Origin: Octopus vulgaris
Lineage: Eukaryota
DNA length: 64,000 nt
Assembly: GCA_951406725.2 (NCBI GenBank)
Contig: OX597817.1
Span: forward strand, 132,618,001 to 132,682,000
Reading direction: 5' to 3'
In this document: positions 53,300 to 64,000 of the stretch, in pieces
Position numbering within the stretch: the first letter of the stretch is position 1
How the letters are laid out: every line of letters starts with the position of its first letter
The notes under the pieces: generated by a model
Database searches by the model: none
What the model saw: the letters and a program-made list of their open reading frames with translations, nothing else
What the model was told of the DNA's origin: nothing
Translations under genes and position numbers: made by a program

Positions 53300-53869
53300 C
53301 GAGATAGAGAGAGAGAGAGAGAGAGAGAGTGAGAGAGAGAGTGAGAGAGAGAGAGCGTGCTTTTTCACACATATCCAACTTTGAATGGAAGAAATCTGTT
53401 CAGATATCTAACTCGTGTAATGAGTTTGGGGTTCATTGTTTGATTTAAAATATTGACTAAAACGTGATTTATTTTTTCACAGACCTGTAATGCCAATATA
53501 TAAACTTCATTGTTACTGAGCACAAGAGAGGCATTGTCCGTTAATGTGTTACTTAACATATTGTTTTCTGAATTGCTTTTGTCATTATCTGTGTCATTTC
53601 AATGATATATGAAATTTTTTTCCGCTTCTGATTCTTTCCGTTAATCACACGCCCCATACGATGTGATTCGAAACATATCCGAACCATATTTCTGCCTACG
53701 TGTCTATACATATGTAATATGTATCTGTATGTGCCATCATACAGACAGACACACAATGAATTTATACATACAAACATATTTATCAACCCAAAATTTCAAG
53801 CGCATTGTGACCAGCGGTATATAACAAGATCTGACGGCTCTGGTTGATACAGGGAAACTGCAATATATA

Positions 53870-55077
53870 CAGGGATTGGACAAAATAAGGAAACACTTAG
53901 CATCATAGCATCATAATCTTGAAATATCTATAAAACCGTTAAAAGCTTGTTATTTTTGTTTTTTTAATTTATTATTAGTGTTGCTTAATATGTTTTGCTA
54001 AAATTGCTATTTCTTTTCAGATATCATCAGAAAAAGGTAATTAAAATGCATTAAAATGACAGATCTATCGGATTTTCAAAAATGTCAAATTGTTGGTGTT
54101 CGTCTGGCAGACGCTAGCGTAAGGAAAACAACCGAAATGTTTGGTGTATCAAGAAGTAGTCTCGAAAGTAATGAGAGCCTTTGAGAATGAGGGAAAAAAA
54201 TCTCCTCGTCGAAACAAAACTCCGGAAGAAAACCAAAAGTTTCAGATAAGAGCAGTCGACTCTTACGCGAATTGTTAGAGAAGATCACAAAAGTACAGTT
54301 TCCCCAAATTACTGCAGAGCTTAATGACCACCTTGAGAACTCAGTTTCCACAAACACTGTTCGCCGGGAGCTGCACAAAGCAGGATTTCACGGGAGGGTT
54401 ACAATCAGAAATTTACTACTTTCAAAAACAAATGTTGCAATCTACAGAATTGGTCCCTAGAGCAGTAGAAGAATGTCATATTCTCGGACGAATCATCCTT
54501 TATCTTATTTCCGACCACTGGCCGGGAAAACATGTGGAGTCAGCCAAAAGAAGCATTTGACCCAGATTGCTTTCTTCCAACTGTTAAACATGGAGGAGGA
54601 TCTGTGATGATCTGGGGGGAGGGGGCTATATCTTGGAAATCCGCCGGTCCAGCGGTTTCCCTTCATGGCAGAATTAATAGTCAAGACTATTTAAGCATTT
54701 TAGGATCAAATTCATCCTATGGTTGCGGAACTGTTTCCGAGGGAAAATGCAATCTTTCAGGATGATAATGCACCAATTCACACAGCTAAAGTTGTTACTG
54801 AATGGCACGAAGAACATTCTAGTGAAGTTGAACATCTTATCTGGTCACCAAAGTCCCCAGATCTCAATATTATTAAATATTCTTGGTGCATTTTAGAAAA
54901 ACAAGTAAGGAGTCGATATCCCCCACCATCATCACAACAAGAACTGGAGACTGCTTTAGCTGAAGAATGGACAAAAATTCCTTTGGAAACAATTCAAACT
55001 TTGTACGAGTCCATACCTCGTAGAATTCAAGCTGTTTGAAATTTTATGGTGTTTCCATTTATTTTGTCCAACCCTTG
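53870..55077 (+). mobile_element. Tc1-like transposon, near full length, inactive
   Basis: TIRs CAGGGATTGGACAAAATAAGGAAACAC / GTGTTTCCATTTATTTTGTCCAACCCTTG; TA flanks. Confidence 0.93.
54056..55039 (+). pseudogene. Tc1 DDE transposase, multiple frameshifts
   Basis: MTDLSDFQKCQIVG...; VIFSDESSF; TVKHGGGSVMIWG; FQDDNAPIH; SPDLNII. Confidence 0.92.
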
Positions 55078-55263
55078 TATATATCGTTGAATGCTCGAAA
55101 TGTGGAGTAGATAGACAGCCGACAACTGATGAAAGGTCCTTTTTCTGTGTTAACCTGTCCTGTTTTCCATTTTTTCTCTATGTTCATGTATTTCACTCGT
55201 TTATTATGTATTTATGTCACGTTGGTGACGTCCTTTACCCATATATGCATGTATATGTATATA

Positions 55264-55315
<52 letters not shown>

Positions 55316-55419
55316 CACTTCAGTTGAATAAAGTTATAAGATCTGATTTTCATGTTTTTTATTATTGCATGTCATCAATAATCGAATTTCGTTACTGTCT
55401 ATATTTCTTTTTGACAGAT

Positions 55420-55490
<71 letters not shown>

Positions 55491-56084
55491 AAAATATGGG
55501 TGGGGTTAGTTCGCAGGTGATCTCAAAGATTAGGAACGCAAGGTAAGCACTGTAGGTCTCCAAGGTTGCAGCCGAGACGGTAGTTATGGAGCCATTCCGA
55601 TGCAGCGGGTGTATAATTGTTAAAGAGAACAACAAGCGTTAATGCAAGGCAAATATCTCAAGTCGTATACATTATTATTACTGGAAAAAAATTCAGCCGT
55701 TTCTGGGATGTCCCTGAGTATCGGACATTCTGTCATCAGAAACAAATAGAGTGAAATAGGGAAAATGAGAATGGTCTATATTAATGAGATGACGATATAA
55801 AGGAAGGAATAAGGAGATGAAAAGAGAGAAGAAAAATGAAGCATAAAAGTTCATAGTTCAACTTTCCGATGTTGAAGAAACGAGCATAAGTCCTTAGGTG
55901 CAATCCTGCATCGATCCACGTTGGTTAAAATCCTGATATAGTAAACATCCAGAGAAAAAGATGCGAGCATATCAGCGTGTAAATCCTGTGCATGCAAAAA
56001 TGATGTTTTATACGATTTTGTGTCAGACAAGTCTTGAGGGCGCTTTGTAATGGACTACACAGACGGAAAAGAAGGGGCCTAGAA

Positions 56085-56420
56085 TTTGAAAATTTGAAGA
56101 TTGACAGAAAGCTTAAAGGACTGAATTATCATAGAGCAGAGGAAAACAAGACGATGGTAGTGAGTTCTAAAAAGCAGCAGTTTGAGAAAAGAAGTTATTA
56201 GAATAAAAGTACTCATGACTAACAGGAGACTCAATGGAGCAACGTCGTATCTGCGAAGAGAAGCGAGCTTGTATTTGTAAAGAGAAGCGAGTGACACGTT
56301 TAATAAGACTAATGTAGAAGGTGGGTGGCCAGAAAGTTCATCGGAAAACTTACTGTGGAAATAATTATAGAAAAGACACAACAAACATATATTTTGACGG
56401 TGAACCAATTGCTCCAGTAA
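56085..56420 (-). pseudogene. CR1/Jockey-group LINE ORF2 C-terminal relic
   Basis: LCLFYNYFHSKFSDEL and, in other frames, NNFFSQT / NSLPSSCFP. Confidence 0.55.
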
Positions 56421-56981
56421 TAGGACTCAACCGGTTTAACAACTCTACCATATTATTATGCAAAAAATAAGCATAGAGTACAGAGAAAACTGCTTAACAG
56501 TTGTTTGGCCGTGGAATTGCAATCGATAATGTGTGTAAAATGCATAATTTTACAATTATTTAACTTTGAGAATTGCTTGAGAAAAGATTTAGCAATCGGA
56601 TGGAGTTTTAAATGACAACGATAGCATTTACAATGATAGAAATAAAAATAGGAATGTTGTCATCACCGAAATCAACTTTACCTTCCATCTTTGCAGAATC
56701 GATAAAAGATATATCAGTCCTGGGTGATGGATTGGTGGAACTGTAAGAATTTCGAACTGGTTGCTTTGCAGTATTTGTTCAGGATTTTTGCCGTATATGT
56801 TCAAATCCTTCCGTAGTCAACTTACGTGGTAGACTTAATCCGTCACCCTGTTTAACACCAGCTGGTGTATGAGGCATTTTGGAGCAGCCGATTGGGCGCC
56901 ATCTCTTTGGCGTCGCTCTTTCCACTCTGACTTATTTGACATCAGAAACTATAGTGATTCTTTTAATGTTTTTCTTTCATT

Positions 56982-57039
<58 letters not shown>

Positions 57040-57129
57040 CTCTGTCTGTTTCTCTCTCTGTTTATGTGTGTGAGCATATAGTTATGTTTGCATGTCTGTA
57101 TAATGTTTCCTTCTCTTCCTCTCTTCTAA

Positions 57130-57201
<72 letters not shown>

Positions 57202-57211
57202 ACTATCTATT

Positions 57212-57244
<33 letters not shown>

Positions 57245-57987
57245 GTATGTGTATATTTCTGCGTGTGTGTGTGTTTGCTTCCGTTGCCAAAAAGTACCGT
57301 CTCTAAAAGCGAAAAATTCCCAGTCTCCAAACGATCCACACCACCTGATCAATTTAGCAGGATTCCCTCAGTTGCACGCATTCGGGCAATGTGTCTAGAT
57401 AATTAACGTAGTTATTGATCACGTGGTTATCATCATTGTAAGGAATGAACGGATAATATCAGAAATTTTGAAAGACGGTGATGGTTAACATCATAAACAT
57501 GGTGAAGACAAAGAAAAATTAATTAACTTCATTCCGTTATAACGAAACCATCTAAAACGCTTCGGAGAAACGTTCATCATCAAATAGCAAGGAAAATAGA
57601 GAGATAAATGAATGCTGTCATTTTGGTAGTAGTTAAATAAACGTGTGAGATGAAATTATCGTATCCAGAGATTGAAACATTGTTTATAGTGACAAACTAT
57701 CGAGATATTAGCTGTTGCTATACAACACATTTTCTATCAATACAGTATTGATTTCTAGTATTGATTATATTTGATCTGTAGCATACTAGCAGTCTTACAA
57801 ATAAACATTAAATGATGGAATGAATTATATAAATTACATTCTAACATTATTATTCATGTTAGCTTTAATTCCTATATTAAGAAACAATAATTAGTATTAA
57901 TGTTCGAGTTGATATTATTTTTTAAGTTTTTTCTGATATTAGAAGTCACATAATATTTTCAGTATGTGTGTAAATACAGACAAACAC

Positions 57988-58018
<31 letters not shown>

Positions 58019-58434
58019 CATATATACACATATATACATACATATATATGTATATTATGTGTATATGTGTGTGTATATATGTATATATGCATATATATAT
58101 ATGAATAAATATAAATATATATATATATATAGTTTAGAAAAACCGAATCGAGTAATGAAATCACTGCAATGTGTTCATGATGGAGGTCGGTCAAACTGAA
58201 ATCTTTTGAAGCTCAGAAATTATTTGTTTTTGAATTAATAACCAAAAATTCTATGGCAGCCATACTTCCATCATCATAACATCAACTTCGACACGATGGC
58301 TTTGTCACCATCAGCCTTTGCAAAATCAGTCTATGCTACCTTAACCTTTACCTCCATTTTTGTTTTATATCTCCATTACATACTGACTCACACACACACA
58401 CACACACACACATGCATACACATACACACACAAA

Positions 58435-58476
<42 letters not shown>

Positions 58477-58494
58477 CATATACACACGCACAAA

Positions 58495-58600
<106 letters not shown>

Positions 58601-58729
58601 ACTTATATTACATAGGAGGGGATGCTGTTTTCTAAAAAATAATTCATTTATTGAATCAATTATGATCATTATTCATTTATTTAGTTTTTATATCTTGTTA
58701 TTTTTTCAATATTGTTATTTTATCGTCGG

Positions 58730-58764
<35 letters not shown>

Positions 58765-59271
58765 GTTATGCCAGCATCGTTAGTGTTTGATCATCATCAT
58801 CTTTATCATCATTAAAGCACCAGGCACCATCGTTAAACTCGTCACCATCATTACTTTCGTCTTTCCTCCTCCTCCTCCTCATTTTCATCGTTGTCGTCGT
58901 CATCATGCCCAGCTGCAGCAGCATACTTATAATCATCATCGTCATCATCATATTCGTCGTCGTCGTCAAAACCGTCATCACCGTTATCATCGACGGTATC
59001 ATTATCAACATCGTCGTGATCGTCATTATCATGTATTTGTCGTTGCCACCATCACCATCGCCAGCACCAACATCATCATCATCATCATCATCATCATCAT
59101 TGATACCGTCATCGTCCCATTCGACGTCGTCATCGTCGTCGTTCTCATAATTATTTCCGTCATTTATTTATTTATTTTGCCCCTGTACTACAGAAACAAA
59201 TCATAATCGTCCATATTATTGTTGCTTTCGTTCAGAGATTCTCCTGCTTCTGTTGTTGTTGTTGATGTTGA

Positions 59272-59312
<41 letters not shown>

Positions 59313-59959
59313 ATGTTGTTGTTGTTGTTGCTCTCGTCGTCGTTGTTATAGTTGATGCTGCCGTTCTCGTCGGTCGATGAATTCAGACAATATTCTTTTT
59401 TACTCTTTTTCCGCCATATTTATTGTTTAAATATTTATTTTATTTGTTTTGACTTGTTTCTTTTTGTTTATATCTTTATCTTTATTCCATTGCATTATTC
59501 CATCTCCGACCGCTTGAAATATGGATACATGCGCAGGAAAGAAAAAAACATATATGCATGCATATAAAAAAACCATATAGGACTATCTAAAGTTTCCAGA
59601 CAGAGCTGTTTTAGCTTGAATACAAGACAGAGGAATATTTCTACTTCGGCTTCCATTAAAGTTGGAAACGAGCTTCAAAGGTCAGCCGCAAAAATATTGG
59701 CTGCATTTTGTTCATTCATCTAACCGAATCATAAATCTGCAACTATCTATAATTGAAATATTTCTGTAGCGTCAAACGGAAGGCTGAAAAAAAACATGAA
59801 ACGAAGAAACAGACAATCTCAAAGACACACGAATACAGAGAAGTGCGCCAATATAAACCCACACACATACACCCAAACGCATAAACGCAATCACATACAG
59901 ATCATATACATATATACATCATTTATACATATACATATATAGATGTACATATATGGATG

Positions 59960-60024
<65 letters not shown>

Positions 60025-60247
60025 GTATGTCTGTATATGCATATATACAGATTTACTTATACATGTATATAAATACAAATATATACAATTTGGATTTGGA
60101 AGATATATCTGCATATATACATATGAGTTCTCATTGCCACGCACATATGTGTCTGAGTTTATGACCATATTTATGAGGTACGCATAAATACATACATGCA
60201 CATATATTTATATGTGTGTGTGCATGTGTGGGAGTGTATATTTAAAA

Positions 60248-60286
<39 letters not shown>

Positions 60287-60356
60287 CACACATATATATG
60301 TATATATATATACACACATACACATATTTTCACACATGCGTGCTTACACTTTTCCA

Positions 60357-60413
<57 letters not shown>

Positions 60414-61619
60414 ACACACACACATATATATGCACGTATATGCATATATACACATACCTATACATATATATGAATGCATGCATTATGTATATATGCATAT
60501 ATTTACATATACACATTCAGGTATGCATGTATGTAAGTATCTGCTGTGTATAGCTACAGATTCCACAACATAGTATATGTAAGAAGTCACGGACGAACAC
60601 AGACATAAATACAGGATTAGACTAACATACACTTCTGTGTTTTGGACAAAATGAAAATATAAACAAATGTACTTATGTGTTTGATACAAACTATAAATAA
60701 TAAAATCTTGAAAAACATATACAGCACATAAATACAGATATAGAGACATGGGGAGAGAGACCGAGAGAAAGAGAGACACACAGACAGAGACAGACAGACA
60801 GAGTAATATAATTCAATATATATATATACATGCGTATGTATGCGAATTTCACTAAATGTTAATAGATACTTACATATACATACATATGTTTATATACATA
60901 ATACATGCATAGATATGTATGTATATATATATATATATATATATATAAAGCAAAATAGAGTCAACAGACGATAATATGTCGTGGTTCAGAGAGACATATA
61001 CAGAAGGACGCTGAATTACTTTGAAGCTTATAAAATCTCTAAATCTATTATATCGTTGTTATTCGGTTAAAAATGTAACTCAGAGTCACAAAGTATTATT
61101 ACAAATTTAATATATTTTACTGTATGATATCAAATTATGTACTCAATGTGTTAAAGCTTTTTTCCTCCAGTGAAATTCTCGGATAGTTCCACATGGATAT
61201 CTTTTATACATGTCTGTCTGTATATATATATATATATATATATACGCATAACGTTATTTTTATGACTGTGTATGCATGAGCGTGTATATATATAAATGTA
61301 TATAGATATGTGTGTGGGAGTGTCTGTATATATGTGCGTATATATTTATATATTAGTGTGTGTGTCCATGTATATGGATATCGTTAAATTTATCATTACA
61401 CGATGAATGAAGCATTTGCTTGAGGGTTATTCAACCTAGCTTGTTTTATATATGTGTTCATATATATATATATATATTGAGAGAGAGAGAGAGAGAGAAA
61501 GACAGACAGATAGATAGATACATACATACATACATACATGCTTACATGCATACACATAGAAACACGTATACATATATATATATATATACATACACACCTA
61601 AATACTTACCTATAAAGTC

Positions 61620-61870
61620 CGCACAAGGTTTATGGAAGACCAGCAGCCACATATGCATAGCAACCTCCACTCTCAACGGCACTGATGCTATCCAAGGGAA
61701 AGGCAAAGGCCGATACAGCTTGGCACCAATGACGTTGCAACTTGATTGAAATGGAGCAACGTGAAATAAAGTGTCTTACTCAAGAACACAGCACACAGCC
61801 CGATCCGGGAATCGTACTCACTACCTCATGATTGTATGTCCGATGTTCTAACCACTGATTAATTCACCTT
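61620..61870 (-). mobile_element. SINE family D-related copy
   Basis: TGGAGCAACGTGAAATAAAGTGTCTTACTCAAGAACACA...GGGAATCGTACTC...CTAACCACTGA. Confidence 0.75.
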
Positions 61871-61888
61871 CTCCCCGCCACACATATA

Positions 61889-61953
<65 letters not shown>

Positions 61954-61955
<2 letters not shown>

Positions 61956-62187
61956 TCTCTTTTACTCTTTTACTCTTTTACTTGTTTCAGTCATTTGACT
62001 GCGGCCATGCTGGTGCACCGCCTTTAGTCGAGCAAATCGACCCCGGGACTTATTCTTTGTAAGCCCAGTACTTATTCTATCAGTCTCTTTTGCCGAACCG
62101 CTAAGTGACGGAGACGGGGACGTAAGCGCACCAGCATCGGTTGTCAAGCAATGCTAGGGGGACAAACACAGACACACAAACACACGC

Positions 62188-62256
<69 letters not shown>

Positions 62257-62392
62257 CATATATACGACAGGCTTCTTTCAGCTTCCGTCTACCAAATCCA
62301 CTCATAAGGCATTGGTCGGACCGGGGCTATAGCAGAAGACACTTGCCCAAGATGCCACGTAGTGGGACTGAACCCGGAACTATGTGGTTGGT
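61954..62392 (-). mobile_element. SINE family A, well preserved
   Basis: (TACTCTTT)n tail, body and GTGGGACTGAACCCGGAAC head portion. Confidence 0.9.
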
Positions 62393-62563
62393 TATATAAT
62401 ATGAGGGAATATTATTCCAAACTTACAGGGAAAAATTTTTGCACATTACTTAATCATCGTTATATGTTTTATCTTATATATAAACTTTCTATAATATGTA
62501 ATTTTTCTAAATGGTATAATTTAATTTTTCTTAATTGAATTGATAAATGGCGGCTTTTTTCTA

Positions 62564-62608
<45 letters not shown>

Positions 62609-62683
62609 TATATATAGATGGATAGATAGATAGATAAATACACACACACACATATATATATACATATATATATATATATCTAC

Positions 62684-62716
<33 letters not shown>

Positions 62717-62866
62717 ATTTGTAGAAAAACAAAAGACGAAGACAGGTGTATGAACAGTAAGCAGGTGTATTAGTTTGACGCTCAGGAACAATGGAAGAAG
62801 TCTTTTCCGTTTCGAGCCTACGCTCGTCAGAAAGGAACACGATGAATTAAACAGAGAGAGGATGAA
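62717..62866 (-). mobile_element. Family C copy
   Basis: Minus CCTTT-CTGACGA-GCGTAGGCTC-GAAA-CGGA-AAAGA at 62835-62801. Confidence 0.78.
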
Positions 62867-63062
62867 AATATATATACATACATACACAAACTTGATATTA
62901 AGTAGCAAAATATTGCCAAGCAAAGTGCTCCATAAATATTTCTATAAACTATTAATTATTAGCCATCGGGTTATGATACTAAGATTACAGCAGTTAAATA
63001 ATATACAGGATGAGATAACTTCCTATATGCGCGCATGTGTCTGTGTGTGTATGTGTATGTCT

Positions 63063-63806
63063 GTGGATTCCTTGTATGCTGAAGATAGACTCCAAGTCGT
63101 CCTACAACGAAAAATGTGTTCTCAAATTAGCAGAGTGCTAGTTGTTTGCAAGCAAGACAAATGAAAGGTAAATAAAAAAAGCAGTTAATTCTATACTTCG
63201 AACTTTCGCCATAAATATTTAAGTAATTATCCGTGGCTCCTCAGTGAAATCGACACATAATAATCGATGTAGATACCAATCGCCTCCCTGAGAGGATACA
63301 TGCGTATAGAGTTCCACTATCATACATTGCAATTCCGATTCAAATGTCTTCAACTAGCGCGCCAAGCCAGAAAAAGAAAACCCGCAGTAAATAAAATTCA
63401 GCAGTGAATTAACTGATCAGGGAACAAAGATATTGAAAACTTAAATGATAAGGCGTGAAATTAACTTTTTTATTTATTTCTTCTTATTATTTTTTTTCTT
63501 CGTAGTTTCAGCTCAGAGCTGTGGCCATGCTAGTGCACCGCCGTTTTGCTACCCTGTTCATACTGAGAGCCTTGGCCAGCATACGTAAAAAACGCCCGAG
63601 AACTGCAAATTATGTTCAAATATATAAATAAAAGGAAAAGCCACTTAGTCGTTTGCTCACGAAAACTGTCTTTCTCAAATTAGCAGTGCGCTACATGTTT
63701 GCGTGCAAGACAAATGAAAGCAGTTTGGTGTCTATCTTCAGCATACAAGGAATCCACTTAGTGGCTTTTCCCCTTATATATTTGAATATAATTTGCAGTC
63801 CTCGGA
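63063..63806. repeat. Composite direct plus inverted repeat structure
   Basis: 63063-63094 inverted at 63725-63757; 63119-63166 direct at 63672-63720; 63596-63650 inverted at ~63760-63806. Confidence 0.75.
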
Positions 63807-63872
63807 TGTTTATATGAGTGTGTATGTATACATGTACATATACATACATATATACATCTATATACATACATA

Positions 63873-63959
<87 letters not shown>

Positions 63960-64000
63960 CCTTTTGATATATATACATATATATATAGAGAGTTAAGATT

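Noticed and set aside
55120-55145. CTGATGA as a hammerhead core
   Set aside because: No downstream stem II and GAAA in this copy
59585-59800. Minus-strand coding exon after a TTTTTTTTCAG acceptor
   Set aside because: All three frames hit stops within about 13 codons

Overview
AT-rich, microsatellite-saturated eukaryotic DNA. It is most likely intronic or intergenic, and its repeat landscape resembles an octopus (coleoid cephalopod) genome; the species is an inference. No intact host protein-coding gene can be supported, and nearly all listed ORFs are microsatellite artefacts. The window holds at least four SINE families in many copies. LINE relics include an R4/Dong RLE 3' end in (TAA)n, a CR1/L2-type RT, an RTE zinc-finger tail and Tx1/L1-like gag ORF1s. 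It also has Penelope GIY-YIG fragments and Tc1, mariner, pogo/Tigger and Helitron-like DNA elements. The main signal is a dozen or more short, mutually unrelated elements, mostly lodged in (TA)n or (TAA)n tracts. They often have inverted terminal copies and carry minimal type-I hammerhead ribozyme motifs. One hammerhead is intact, one has a G3-C8 covariant core, and one family substitutes A6. These look like a diverse population of non-autonomous Penelope-driven elements. A few splice-donor-terminated unique segments may be alternative first exons of an unseen + strand gene. All folds and alignments were done by eye.
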